From contig OZ251992.1 of the NCBI GenBank assembly GCA_965246885.1, positions 2,080,001-2,144,000 on the forward strand: a stretch of DNA of 64,000 bases, written 5' to 3'. Both the position numbers and the translations under genes were made by a program. This document shows, piece after piece, positions 46,197 to 56,400 of the stretch (its first letter is position 1; each line of letters begins with the position of its first letter). Origin of the DNA: Abditibacterium sp. (lineage in GTDB: Bacteria; Armatimonadota; Abditibacteriia; Abditibacteriales; Abditibacteriaceae). The notes beneath the pieces were generated by a model. It did not search any database and was not told the DNA's origin. It saw only the letters and a list, made by a program, of their open reading frames with translations.

Positions 46197-46205
46197 TTGA
46201 ACACT

Positions 46206-47450
46206 ATGGACTTACTACGTTTTTCTACCTGTGGTTCTGTTGACGACGGCAAATCAACCCTTATTGGCCGCTTACTCTATGATTCTAAATCCATCTTCGA
46301 AGATCAACTCGAAGCGATGGAAACTTCCTCGCGCAAACGCGGCGATGAACATGTCAACCTCGCGTTGCTTACGGATGGACTCAAAGCCGAGCGCGAACAG
46401 GGCATCACTATTGATGTCGCTTACCGCTACTTTGCAACGCCTAAGCGAAAGTTCATTATCGCCGACACGCCCGGTCATGTGCAATACACGCGCAACATGG
46501 TGACGGGCGCTTCGACTTCGCAGTTGGCGATTGTTTTGATAGACGCGCGTAAAGGCGTCATCGAACAAACGCGGCGCCACTCGTTCTTGGTGAATCTGCT
46601 TCGCATCAACCATATCGTGTTGGCGATTAACAAGATGGACTTGGTGGATTTCGATGAAGCGACTTTCCATCGTATCGAAGCCGAATACCGCGCGTTCGCG
46701 TCGGGGTTGGAGAACCCGATGGAGATAACTGCCATTCCCCTCGCGGCTTTGCACGGCGATAATATCGTGGACGCGAGCGACAACATGGATTGGTATTCCG
46801 GCCCGACTTTGTTGCAACACTTGGAGGCCGTCGAAGTTAGCGAGACCGAGAACCGGGCCGACGCGCGCTTTCCGGTTCAGTGGGTCATTCGCCCGCAGTC
46901 CGACGCTTATCCCGACTATCGCGCCTTCGCGGGCCGCGTTGCGGGCGGGGTGTTCAGGCCGGGACAACGGGTGACCGCCTTGCCGAGCGGGTTTGAAAGT
47001 CGCATCAAGGCCATTCACACCATCGAAGGCGACTTGGACGAGGCGTTCGCGCCCTTGTCAGTCTCGATTTCGCTTGAAGACGAGATAGACATTTCGCGCG
47101 GCGACATGATCGTGGCGTCGGACGATGTGCCGGAACACCGCCAAGACCTGACCGCCACCATCTGTTGGTTCTCGGAAAAGAAGCTCATCCCGCGCGGCAA
47201 ATACTATCTGCGCCATACCACGCGGGAAGTGCAAGCCATCGTATCCGCCCTCAACTTTAAAGTGGACATCAACACCTTGGAGCGCGACGAGGACACCGCC
47301 AACTTCGGCCTCAACGACATCGGCGGCATCCGTATCCGCACCAGTGCCCCGCTCTTCTACGACGCCTACAAGGTCAACCGCAACACCGGCAGCTTCATCC
47401 TCATAGACGCCGGAACCAACGAAACCGTCGCGGCGGGGATGATTGACTGA
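46206..47450 (+). CDS. cysN: Sulfate adenylyltransferase subunit 1 (GTPase; no APS kinase fusion)
   Basis: GSVDDGKSTLIGRLL, EREQGITIDVAYRYF, DTPGH, NKMD. Confidence 0.97.
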   Translation: MDLLRFSTCGSVDDGKSTLIGRLLYDSKSIFEDQLEAMETSSRKRGDEHVNLALLTDGLKAEREQGITIDVAYRYFATPKRKFIIADTPGHVQYTRNMVTGASTSQLAIVLIDARKGVIEQTRRHSFLVNLLRINHIVLAINKMDLVDFDEATFHRIEAEYRAFASGLENPMEITAIPLAALHGDNIVDASDNMDWYSGPTLLQHLEAVEVSETENRADARFPVQWVIRPQSDAYPDYRAFAGRVAGGVFRPGQRVTALPSGFESRIKAIHTIEGDLDEAFAPLSVSISLEDEIDISRGDMIVASDDVPEHRQDLTATICWFSEKKLIPRGKYYLRHTTREVQAIVSALNFKVDINTLERDEDTANFGLNDIGGIRIRTSAPLFYDAYKVNRNTGSFILIDAGTNETVAAGMID

Positions 47451-47474
47451 TTCCGGGTAAAATAGCCAAGTGAA

Positions 47475-48131
47475 ATGTCTCCCGAACCCTTGAAGGTGCA
47501 CCGCCGTCCGCGCCGCCTTTTACCCGTCTTCCTGTTGACGACCATCTTGCTGGGCGGCGGTCTCGGTTATAGACATTGGGTTTCGACGCCGCAATACTCG
47601 TTGCTCCAAGCCAAAGACGCTTTCGAGGCGCGCGATTTGGGGCGGTTCGAGAAGTATGTTGCGCTCGATTCGTGCGCCGATTCCCTCACCGACGACCTCA
47701 TGACGCAGGCGACGCGCAAGATGCAGGGGGCGCCCCTTGCGTCCAGCCCGCTTGGTCAAATCGGACAGGGGGCCGTGCAAGGGATAATGGCGCTCCTCAA
47801 ACCCACGCTCAGCAAGGCGATGACGCACGCGGCGCGCGAGTTCGTTTCGACGGGGCAACTCGCGTCACTCCCCGGAAGCGGAGGTAAATCGCCCCTCGAT
47901 GTCGGGCAAATCAAGGACAATCTCGCGCGGCGCGGCGTGCATTTCGACGGCGTCGGCGATGTTTCCGAGAACGGCGACTTGGCGACGGTTGACCTGCGCT
48001 TTGCGGACAAGAGCGGCGCGCGGGAGTTGCCGGTGCAATTGGAAATGCGGCGCGTCGAAGGCTATTGGCAAGTCTCGAAGTGGAAGCACGCCCCAGCGTG
48101 GATGGAGAGGGAACTTCCCCATGTGCCGTAG
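47475..48131 (+). CDS. Single-TM hypothetical protein (DUF2939-like)
   Basis: TM then TPQYSLLQ..DA...RD...FEKYV. Confidence 0.65.
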   Translation: MSPEPLKVHRRPRRLLPVFLLTTILLGGGLGYRHWVSTPQYSLLQAKDAFEARDLGRFEKYVALDSCADSLTDDLMTQATRKMQGAPLASSPLGQIGQGAVQGIMALLKPTLSKAMTHAAREFVSTGQLASLPGSGGKSPLDVGQIKDNLARRGVHFDGVGDVSENGDLATVDLRFADKSGARELPVQLEMRRVEGYWQVSKWKHAPAWMERELPHVP

Positions 48132-48136
48132 CGTCC

Positions 48137-49396
48137 CTACGCGAACTTGAGTCGCGTATATTCGCCGCCCAAGACGGGGGTGGGGTCGGCGTTCATCCAG
48201 TTGCTCAAAACGGTGGCATAAACTGAGCGAAAGTCGGTGGTCATTTTGAGGTCGCCGTCGTCGAGGTCTTCGAGCGAGGGGTAATCGGTTGTGACGCCGC
48301 CTTTGACGGCCCCGCCCGCGATGAACATCACGCTCGCGCTGCCGTGATCCGTGCCGCCCGACCCGTTTTCTTTGACGCGGCGTCCAAACTCGGAAAAGGT
48401 CATCGTTAGCACGTCTTTGTCGCGGCCCTGCAAGCGCAAATCTTCCTGAAAGGCGGCGAGCGCGTCGCCCAACTGCTGCATGAGTTGGCCGTGTTGGTAG
48501 GCTTGGTTGGAATGGGTGTCGAAGCCGCCCATCGAGACGTAATAGACGCGCGTCGCAAGACCGCCCGCGATGAGTTTGGCGACGGTGTGCAGACCCTCGG
48601 CGACGCCGTTGTTGTTCGGGTAGTTCGCCTTTTGGCCCGCCGCGACATCATAGGAGTGAAGGGCAGCTTTGATGGCGTCGGTTGAAGCGTAGACTTCGCG
48701 CCCGACGTTCGAGAGGAACATTCGCGCGTTGCCCGCGACCGTCGCGCCGCTTAGGTCGGAGGTGTTGTAGAGCGTCTTCAGCGTTTCCAACTGCGCCGCG
48801 CCGTCGTTGCCGTGCGGCTCGAAGCCGAAGTTGGAGCCGTTGCCAATCACGGACGCGGCGCTCTTTTCGCTCCACAACGCCAAGGGAAGCGAGCCGCCTG
48901 TCGCTATCATCGAAAGCGATCTCTGGTCGCCGACGTAGTGGCCCTGCTCATCGAAGCGCGCCAGCCAGCCGGAGCGTTCGCGCGCATCTATCTCCACGTT
49001 GGCGCTCTGCCAGATGTCCATCGAGGCAAAGTGCGAGCGGTTAGGATGCGGATAGCCGACGCCGTTGACAATCGCCAAATTGCCGCGTTCGTATAGAGAC
49101 TTGAGGCCAGTGAGTTTGGGATGCAGGAACAGGTCGCGGTCAACGGCGAGAGCGTCAGACTCTTTGAAACCAAGTCCGGGGCGGTTGGAGGCGTAGAGTT
49201 TGTCCCGGAGCGGCGAAACGGTGTTGAGGCCGTCGTTGCCGCCCGCCATTTCGATGACGACGAGGATTTTCCCGTTTTGGCGCGCGGGCTTGTCGGCGGC
49301 AAAAGCGCGCGTGGCGTCCAAGAGCGTCGTCGGCATGGCCAAACCGAGGGAAACCAGTCCCAGTCCGTTGCGGATGAATTCGCGGCGTGATTGCAT
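48137..49396 (-). CDS. DUF1501 family Tat-exported protein
   Basis: SRREFI Tat motif, GGNDGLN, RSHF, GGFDTH, SEFGRR..ENG..GTDHG. Confidence 0.93.
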   Translation of the reverse strand: MQSRREFIRNGLGLVSLGLAMPTTLLDATRAFAADKPARQNGKILVVIEMAGGNDGLNTVSPLRDKLYASNRPGLGFKESDALAVDRDLFLHPKLTGLKSLYERGNLAIVNGVGYPHPNRSHFASMDIWQSANVEIDARERSGWLARFDEQGHYVGDQRSLSMIATGGSLPLALWSEKSAASVIGNGSNFGFEPHGNDGAAQLETLKTLYNTSDLSGATVAGNARMFLSNVGREVYASTDAIKAALHSYDVAAGQKANYPNNNGVAEGLHTVAKLIAGGLATRVYYVSMGGFDTHSNQAYQHGQLMQQLGDALAAFQEDLRLQGRDKDVLTMTFSEFGRRVKENGSGGTDHGSASVMFIAGGAVKGGVTTDYPSLEDLDDGDLKMTTDFRSVYATVLSNWMNADPTPVLGGEYTRLKFA

Positions 49397-49407
49397 GGTA
49401 TGTCTTC

Positions 49408-50922
49408 CTAACACAGCTGATACTCCGGGAGGGACACCATCAGATTGATGAGGCCCTGCACCTTGCCCGTTGGCAGTTGTTTCTCCGGCTTGTCGCCGTT
49501 CGCGTATTGCAGGAGGAGCGCGCGCGTTGCGGCGGGCATCTCCATCCCGCGAAAGAGCGCGTTCCACAGCAGGTCTATCGCCTCGTCGGGTGTCGCGGCG
49601 CCGGAGCGCCCGGTCGCGCCAGTCATTCCCCCGGTTGCGCTCATGGTCGGCGCAGCCGCGCCAGTCATTGGCGCGGTCGCGCCAGTCATGGACGGAGCCG
49701 CGCCCATTGTTGACATCGTTGCGCCAGTCATTGACGGGGCCGCGCCCATCATCGGCGCGGTCGGGGCAGCGTTTGCCGCACTCGTGGCGGGTGAGGCGAG
49801 GCCGCGCAGCGTGTCAAGAAGGGAGACGCGGCGGCTCATTTCTTCGGTCAGGCGCGAGGCGAAGTTGACGCGGGCGAGCAGGGTGCGCGAGTTGATCCAG
49901 TCCCGGCCCTCGTTCCAGCCTTTGACGTTGGGCGGGTTGAACAGGTCTTGACCCATGAGGGCAAGCGCGCCGGAGGCTTCGCGCGCGCTGGTCATCGGGG
50001 CGCCGAGGGTCTTGAGCGTCATGACGGTGAACTCCGTCGGGCTTTTGATTTTGGCGAAGCGCGCGGCGGGCGCGTGGAACGCTTCGGATGTCAGCAACAC
50101 TTGCAACACGGAGCGGATGTCGTAGTCGGACGCAAAATAAGCGTCAATCAAGCGTTTGGAGTCAGCATCGGATGGCTCGCCGCCGACGAAGAAGCGGTAG
50201 AGCTTGGTGGTGATGCGCTTGGCGGTCGAAGGGTGACGCGCGAGAATGTCCACCATGTCGTCGGCGTGCCAGTTGCCGGTTTCGCCCAAGACGGTCTTTT
50301 CGCCGTCGTCGTGCAAGCCCGGCTCATACAGGAAGCCCGAAGGCGTGTTCGCGCCGCGCCAGCCGGTGAAAGAGCGCGCGGCTTCTTTGACATCGGTTTC
50401 GGTGTAACCGCCGCCGCGTCCGAGGGTGAAAAGCTCCATCACCTCGCGCGCGAAGTTCTCGTTGGGCGCCCCAGCGTGGTTCTGCGCGCCGTCGAGCCAG
50501 ATGAGCATCGCCGGATCGCGCGCGACTTGTTGGAGCAAGGTGCGGAAACTGCCCAGTCCGAAGCGGCGAAAGGTCTCGTTCTGGTGCCACATCCGCTTGG
50601 CGTCGTAGACCTTGTAGGCTGCCGTTGCGAAGTGGTTGTGCCAGAAGAGCGTCATTTTTTCTTCGAGCGGGCGCGGCGAGTGGGTCATCCGGTAAAGCCA
50701 CCAATTGCGGATGGAGTTGAAATCCTCAAAGTCCACGAAATCGCCGCCGATCTCGCGCTGCATGCGGCCCATCGTGTCCTCGGCGCGTTCGGGGTGGAGC
50801 AGGACGTCGGTCGCCCCGGCGAGGCCCAAGCGCGAGTAAGCCTCCCACTCGGCGGGCGAGGCGCCAAACCCGGCACGGCGCAGGAGGTGGGCGATCTGTG
50901 AATCTTCGGCGGAAAGTGCCAT
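49408..50922 (-). CDS. DUF1800 family protein
   Basis: HLLRRAGFG, EKMTLFWHNHF, NENFAREVMELFTLG, PPNVKGW, PEYQL. Confidence 0.93.
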   Translation of the reverse strand: MALSAEDSQIAHLLRRAGFGASPAEWEAYSRLGLAGATDVLLHPERAEDTMGRMQREIGGDFVDFEDFNSIRNWWLYRMTHSPRPLEEKMTLFWHNHFATAAYKVYDAKRMWHQNETFRRFGLGSFRTLLQQVARDPAMLIWLDGAQNHAGAPNENFAREVMELFTLGRGGGYTETDVKEAARSFTGWRGANTPSGFLYEPGLHDDGEKTVLGETGNWHADDMVDILARHPSTAKRITTKLYRFFVGGEPSDADSKRLIDAYFASDYDIRSVLQVLLTSEAFHAPAARFAKIKSPTEFTVMTLKTLGAPMTSAREASGALALMGQDLFNPPNVKGWNEGRDWINSRTLLARVNFASRLTEEMSRRVSLLDTLRGLASPATSAANAAPTAPMMGAAPSMTGATMSTMGAAPSMTGATAPMTGAAAPTMSATGGMTGATGRSGAATPDEAIDLLWNALFRGMEMPAATRALLLQYANGDKPEKQLPTGKVQGLINLMVSLPEYQLC

Positions 50923-50976
50923 AAAACCCCAACAACAAATATCTTTGCCAATAGTCTAAAGTTATAAGAGAACCTT

Positions 50977-52074
50977 ATGCGCCCCTTGTTTCTGGGAATA
51001 TGGCTGGTTTTGGCCTTCTTGTCACCCGTGCACGCCGCCTCGAAGGTCGCGGCGGGCGACCTGTTCTCGCTCGCCGTGCAAAGCGACGGAACTGTGAAAG
51101 CATGGGGCCGCGTACCGATTGGCAAGGGTGGCGACAGCGCGCCGCGCACGGGCGCCATGACCCCTATCGCCGGATTGTCCGGCGTGGCCAGCGTCGCGGC
51201 GGGCCGCGCTTTCGCTCTCTTTTGCAAAACCGATGGAACCGTGTGGGCGATGGGCCGCAACGACTATGGGCAACTGGGCGACGGCACGCGAACCAACCGC
51301 GCCGAGCCGGTGCGCGTCCGCAATTTGGACGGTATCACCGACGTTGCCTGCGGCGCCGCGTTTTGTCTCGCGCTTTCCAAAGACGGGACGCTGTATTCGT
51401 GGGGACAGAACGACGCGGGGCAGTTAGGCGACGGCACGACGCGCGACTCTTCGGTGCCCGTCCGGGTACGCGGGCTACGTGAAGTCACCGCCATTGGGTG
51501 CGGCGCGCGGCACGCTTTGGCCATTAGCAAGGGCGGCGCGCTCTGGGCGTGGGGCGAGAACGGGGATGGGCAATTGGGCGACGGCACCCTCGACAATCGC
51601 GCGACACCCGCGCCCGTTGCGGGGCTAACGGGCGCCGTGTCCGTCGCGGGCGGATGGGGCCACAGCGCGTGCGCTGACCGCGAGGGGAAGGTGTGGGCAT
51701 GGGGCGCCAACACCCTTGGCCAAAGCGGGCAGGGCGACGACAACGACGTGCTCTTCCCGCAACCCATCCCCGGCATCGAGGGCGCGACATCCGTGTCGTG
51801 CGGTCATTGGCACACCCTCGTGCTCCAAAAGGACGGCACCGTGCGCGCATGGGGCGGCGGCGGTTCGGGGCAGATGGGCGATGGTGGCAAAGGCGACAAG
51901 CGCGAGGCCGTCGCCGTCAAAGGCTTGGCCGATGCTGTCGCCGTCGCGGGCGGCGGCTGGCACAGCCTCGCGCTCCAGAAAGACGGCACCATCGAAAACT
52001 GGGGCAACAACACCAACGCCCAATTAGCCGATGGGAGCCTCCAAGAGCGCGACGCGCCCGTTGTTGCCAAGTAA
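50977..52074 (+). CDS. Exported RCC1/BLIP-II repeat beta-propeller
   Basis: Signal peptide; repeated DGTV.AWG.N..GQLGDGT. Confidence 0.92.
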   Translation: MRPLFLGIWLVLAFLSPVHAASKVAAGDLFSLAVQSDGTVKAWGRVPIGKGGDSAPRTGAMTPIAGLSGVASVAAGRAFALFCKTDGTVWAMGRNDYGQLGDGTRTNRAEPVRVRNLDGITDVACGAAFCLALSKDGTLYSWGQNDAGQLGDGTTRDSSVPVRVRGLREVTAIGCGARHALAISKGGALWAWGENGDGQLGDGTLDNRATPAPVAGLTGAVSVAGGWGHSACADREGKVWAWGANTLGQSGQGDDNDVLFPQPIPGIEGATSVSCGHWHTLVLQKDGTVRAWGGGGSGQMGDGGKGDKREAVAVKGLADAVAVAGGGWHSLALQKDGTIENWGNNTNAQLADGSLQERDAPVVAK

Positions 52075-52080
52075 ACAGGC

Positions 52081-52278
52081 TTAGCCGCCGGATTTGTTGG
52101 CGCTGGAACGGATGGGCTTGGGGCCGCCTTGGGCGCCTGCGGTGCCGCCTGCTTTGCCGCCTTCGGGATCGGGCGTTTTGTTCTTGGCGGCGCGGTTGCG
52201 CGCTTGCTCGGCTTGGCGCGCTTTGACGCGCTCCAAGGGGGACATCGGTTTCGGGTCGGGATTCTGTTGGTCGCTCAT
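52081..52278 (-). CDS. Small basic hypothetical protein
   Basis: 65-aa ORF MSDQQNPDPKPMSPLERVKARQ..., convergent with the RCC1 gene. Confidence 0.55.
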   Translation of the reverse strand: MSDQQNPDPKPMSPLERVKARQAEQARNRAAKNKTPDPEGGKAGGTAGAQGGPKPIRSSANKSGG

Positions 52279-52408
52279 TTCAGGGAAAGTATGAAAGGCT
52301 CCGCTCTCGCGCGTTGCGCGGCTCCTCCGGCGCGCCTTATTTAAAACCTTGGCGTGACAGCCCCTTGATTTTCTCGCGGAGTTGGCCACACTTGGGGGAG
52401 CTACCGTT

Positions 52409-53851
52409 ATGGAACAAACGCCCTTCGACCCTTTCAAAGACGCCGCCTCCGCTTCCACCTCGGCGCCCGACGCTTCCCCGACGCGCTACGCGCCCTTTGA
52501 TCCGACGGTGCGCGTGGATGCCCTCTTGCCGCCCTCGCGCCCGCAACGGGGGCGCAACCCCGCGCTGTGGGCGGTTCCGCTCGTGGCTCTTCTCGTCGTG
52601 GGCGGAATCGGGTTCTCCGTTTGGCAACGCGGGAAAGAAGAGCGCGCCCGCGAGGACAAGCTGGCCGCTCTGCGCGCCGACATCAAGAAAATCGTCTTGC
52701 AAGACAACGCCCTCATTATGGAACTGCTCGATGACGGCGCCCTCGAACATATCACTTACGCCGAGTTCTTCAAGCGCGCCGACAAGAACAAAGAGCAACG
52801 CGATGAGTTGGTGCGCAACCTGCGCGCGACCGAGACCGGGCCTTATGGCGAAGCCGTCGGGCACTACATCGAATTGCTCGAAACCGAGAACAAATGGGTG
52901 CGCGCCGAAGAAGCCGTTTCCAACGCTTCCCTCGACGCTTCGACGAAGTGGGATACCTACCGCCGCGCCCTTCGCCAAACCGACGATGTAAGCGGGCAAG
53001 TTCAGTCGAGCTACCAAGCGTATCTCGCCGCCCCTTACGGCTACGACTTCGGGGCCAAGATGAACTACGACGCGGCCCGCGCCTCGCTCCAAAACACGAG
53101 CGACGAGGTGCGCGCCAATTTCGCCGCTTGGTCGGACTCGCAAAGCAACTGGAACGACAAAAAACGCGCCGCTTCGGTCGTCATCGCCGACTGGCTGCGC
53201 AACGAGCCGCTTCAATACCTCGGCTGGGCGCCCAAACGGGACGTGGCCCGCTTGCTTATCACCCGCAAAGCCGACTACGCGAGCGCCCCTGCGGTCGGCA
53301 ACGCGTCGCCAAAAGCAAGCGCGAAGATCGTTCCCGTTGAAGCGAAAGACGCCCCCACCGATGCGGGCGCCCTTTCGCCCACCCGCATTCGCGCCGCCAA
53401 ACCACTCGATGGCGAACGCTTCTCCGCCACGCGCATGGAAGACTTGGGGGAGGACTACGCGTCCAACCTGAGCGACGCCGATTTGCGCTACGCCATCAAC
53501 GAAATGTACGCCCGCTACGGCCTCACCTTCCACGATAAGTCGCTGCAATCCCGGTTTGAAACGACGACGTGGTATCACCCCAACGACAAATGGACTATCG
53601 GACAAGTCAAAGCCGCCTTCTCGAAGCGCGAGCGCGACAACCTCGACGCGTTGGTGTCCGAACGCGACTCGCGCCGCGACAAGAATGACGAGAGCAGTAA
53701 CGACAACTCCAACGACAACGCTTCCGACAACGCTTCAAGTGATAATTCGGACGGGAGCGACAACTCAAGCGCCGACGGCAACGAGTCAAGTGACAGTAGC
53801 AACGACGGAAGTAGGGGTGCCGGTGGAAGAACTGTGGAATCCGGCGAGTGA
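52409..53851 (+). CDS. Membrane-anchored YARHG-domain protein
   Basis: TM near N-terminus, NEMYARYGLTF...WYHP, Asp/Ser/Asn-rich tail. Confidence 0.85.
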   Translation: MEQTPFDPFKDAASASTSAPDASPTRYAPFDPTVRVDALLPPSRPQRGRNPALWAVPLVALLVVGGIGFSVWQRGKEERAREDKLAALRADIKKIVLQDNALIMELLDDGALEHITYAEFFKRADKNKEQRDELVRNLRATETGPYGEAVGHYIELLETENKWVRAEEAVSNASLDASTKWDTYRRALRQTDDVSGQVQSSYQAYLAAPYGYDFGAKMNYDAARASLQNTSDEVRANFAAWSDSQSNWNDKKRAASVVIADWLRNEPLQYLGWAPKRDVARLLITRKADYASAPAVGNASPKASAKIVPVEAKDAPTDAGALSPTRIRAAKPLDGERFSATRMEDLGEDYASNLSDADLRYAINEMYARYGLTFHDKSLQSRFETTTWYHPNDKWTIGQVKAAFSKRERDNLDALVSERDSRRDKNDESSNDNSNDNASDNASSDNSDGSDNSSADGNESSDSSNDGSRGAGGRTVESGE

Positions 53852-53871
53852 GTTACGTGTGTGGGCGCCTC

Positions 53872-56151
53872 CTACAAGCGTTTCCACCATCCAAGGAGGC
53901 GCGTCAATGCCGAAACGGGTTGCCTCGGAGGAACCGCGAGGGCGGGGAAGAGGTCGCGCGGCAGGGGCGTTTCGGGCAAGGGCGCGGGAATTTCGTCGGC
54001 GTGCAAGCGAATGAACGCTTCGACCACAGCCGGGTCGAAGTGCGTTCCCGCCCCGGCGCGGATGTGCTCCAGCACGCGCTCGATGGGCCAGCCCTGACGG
54101 TAGGGGCGGTCGGAACGCAGCGCGTCCCACACGTCTACTACCGCGAAGAGCCGCGCCGCAAGCGGGATTTGCTCGCCCTTCAAACCGCGCGGATACCCGC
54201 TTCCGTCCCACTTTTCGTGGTGGCAATAAGGGATGTCCAGCGCGGGGCGCAGGTAGTGTGTCGGCGCCAGCAGTTCGAGCGCATACACCGGGTGCTTTTT
54301 CATCACGCCCCACTCCTCGTCAGACAAAGGGCCGGGTTTGAGCAGAATCGCGTCGGGCACGCCCATCTTGCCGATGTCGTGCAACAGCGCGCCTCGTCGA
54401 ATGTGCACCAATTCGCCGTCGGCCAAGCCCATTTCGCGCGCCAAGCGCAGCGTTTCTTGGGTGACGCGTTGCGTATGGCCTTCGGTTTCCTTGTCGCGCA
54501 GGTCGAGGGCGCGCGACCAGCCCGCGAGCGTCGAATCGTAAGCGAGCACCAACTCGTCGTTGGAGCGCTGCAAGTCGCGGAACAGTTCGGCGTTGTCTAC
54601 GGCGATGGCGGCCTGCCCCGCGAGCGTTTCGAGGAAGTCCAACTCCTCTTCGGCGAGGGAAAGCGGCGCGCGATGCCACATTTCCAACACTCCTTTTATC
54701 TGCCCATTGGCGATGAGCGGCACCCCGTAATACGCGACAAACCCCTCGTTGAGATGGATGCCCGTGCGCCGCTTCGGGTCGGCGGGCGCAAGGGACAGGG
54801 CGTCCTCGACACCCATAGCCGCCGACGCGGTTTGGGCTTTGGGCAACTTCAAATCGGGCGCGGCGAAGTTCGCCGCGATGAGTTCGGGCTTGGCCAAGTC
54901 GGGGATGTAGACTACGCGCCGCTCCAACGCGGCGCGTCCAGCCAAGCCCTCGCCCAGTTGCCAATCGGTGCGGCGTGGCGTTTGGGTGCGAAAGCCGCGC
55001 CCCGCCGCATAGCGTAGCGTGCGGGTGTGCGGATCAAGTAGGAGCGCGCTGGCAGCATCGGCGCCCAGTCGCGTCACTACCTGCTCCAGCACGACCCCCA
55101 GCGCGATGCCCACGTCGCTCGACCCCAGAATCGCTTTGTCTATCGCTCGCAGCGCGCCGATGTTCGCCAGCCGTTGCTCCGACTGCGCCAACAAGCGCGC
55201 GTTGGCGATGGCAGGCGCCGCCAAATCCGCCAATCCCTGCAAAAATTTCAACTCATCGGGCGTGAACGTGCGCGATTCCCCGAACGAATACACCTTGAGT
55301 AGCCCCAACACCTCGCCGTCGCGGATGAGCGACGCAATGCCAATGGTGCGCATGTTCACCTCTTGATAAAGCGCGTGGTTGGGCAAGTCGGGCGTCGCCT
55401 GCGCGTCGGTGAACAAGAACAGCGTCCCCATTTCGGCGACGTGCCGGTCGTAGATGGAGCGCAGCGTCGGGATATAGCGCTTGTCGTAGTCGAGCGGCAT
55501 CCCCGAAAGCGCAGTGGGCACGAATGCATCGCGCGCTTTGCTGAACAGCATCACTGCCGAGGGCGCTTTGAGTGTGCGCGCCGCCTCTTTGCAAATGGCC
55601 TCGCAGACTTCTTGCATGTCGAGTTGCGCGTTCAAGTGCGCCGCCGCACGGAGCAACGCTTGCGCCCGTGATTCGAGCGCGTCGGCACCCGGTTCGTCCA
55701 CCTCAGACGCTTCGGGCGCGGGCGCTTCGATGCACGGAACGAGCGTGCCCCACAACGCAACGATTTGCCCTTCCCGGTCGCGCTCGAAATGCCCCTCGTG
55801 CATCCAGTGCGAGATGGTTCCATCGGGCGCGAGCGTGCGGCAAGGAAAGCAATACGCTTCGCCCGTCGCGCCGTGCGCTTCGAGAGCGCCCAGAACGCGC
55901 TCGCGGTCGTCGGGGTGAATGGCGCCGATGAACCCGGTGAGCGTGCGCGGAAAAGCGTGCGGCGCTCGGCCAAAGGCCGCGTCCACTTCGCCCCACCAGC
56001 GCAAACAGTCGTCGGCGCAATGTGCATCCAACCGCCAAGCAAAAGCTAACTCAAACGACGCTGGAGCCGTGCTTTCGGGGAAAAGAGGAGGAGAGAAAAA
56101 GGGCTGACCAAGCGGAGCGTCCGTTTGGAACTGTGGGAGAGGGGGTCTCAT
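53872..56151 (-). CDS. PAS-GAF-GAF HD-GYP phosphodiesterase
   Basis: IHPDDRERV (PAS), two GAFs, ETEGHTQRV, LHDIGK, HHEKWDGSGYP. Confidence 0.93.
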   Translation of the reverse strand: MRPPLPQFQTDAPLGQPFFSPPLFPESTAPASFELAFAWRLDAHCADDCLRWWGEVDAAFGRAPHAFPRTLTGFIGAIHPDDRERVLGALEAHGATGEAYCFPCRTLAPDGTISHWMHEGHFERDREGQIVALWGTLVPCIEAPAPEASEVDEPGADALESRAQALLRAAAHLNAQLDMQEVCEAICKEAARTLKAPSAVMLFSKARDAFVPTALSGMPLDYDKRYIPTLRSIYDRHVAEMGTLFLFTDAQATPDLPNHALYQEVNMRTIGIASLIRDGEVLGLLKVYSFGESRTFTPDELKFLQGLADLAAPAIANARLLAQSEQRLANIGALRAIDKAILGSSDVGIALGVVLEQVVTRLGADAASALLLDPHTRTLRYAAGRGFRTQTPRRTDWQLGEGLAGRAALERRVVYIPDLAKPELIAANFAAPDLKLPKAQTASAAMGVEDALSLAPADPKRRTGIHLNEGFVAYYGVPLIANGQIKGVLEMWHRAPLSLAEEELDFLETLAGQAAIAVDNAELFRDLQRSNDELVLAYDSTLAGWSRALDLRDKETEGHTQRVTQETLRLAREMGLADGELVHIRRGALLHDIGKMGVPDAILLKPGPLSDEEWGVMKKHPVYALELLAPTHYLRPALDIPYCHHEKWDGSGYPRGLKGEQIPLAARLFAVVDVWDALRSDRPYRQGWPIERVLEHIRAGAGTHFDPAVVEAFIRLHADEIPAPLPETPLPRDLFPALAVPPRQPVSALTRLLGWWKRL

Positions 56152-56237
56152 ATGGCCAAAACAATTGCACCCCTCTTAGCACATTTTTCGCCCTCCTCTT
56201 TCAATGTCTTCAGGCGGCGACTCCACCGCGTACGTCC

Positions 56238-56376
56238 GCGAACCAATGGCCGATGTGTGTCAGACGGTGACGTGCATGAGGCGCTGTTCGACGCGCATGC
56301 GGCGCTGTTCGACGCGCATGCGCCACTGCCCGACACACGCCTGTCAGCGCGCGACAGACATCGGCCATTGGTTCGC
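56238..56376. repeat. 21-bp-period array enclosed by a 24-bp inverted repeat
   Basis: CATG(A/C)GGCGCTGTTCGACGCG units; GCGAACCAATGGCCGATGT / ACATCGGCCATTGGTTCGC. Confidence 0.75.
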
Positions 56377-56400
56377 CGCTGCCAGTCGCGTTTCGCACTC

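Noticed and set aside
53848..55017. 389-aa ORF overlapping the YARHG stop
   Set aside because: Antisense shadow of the HD-GYP gene
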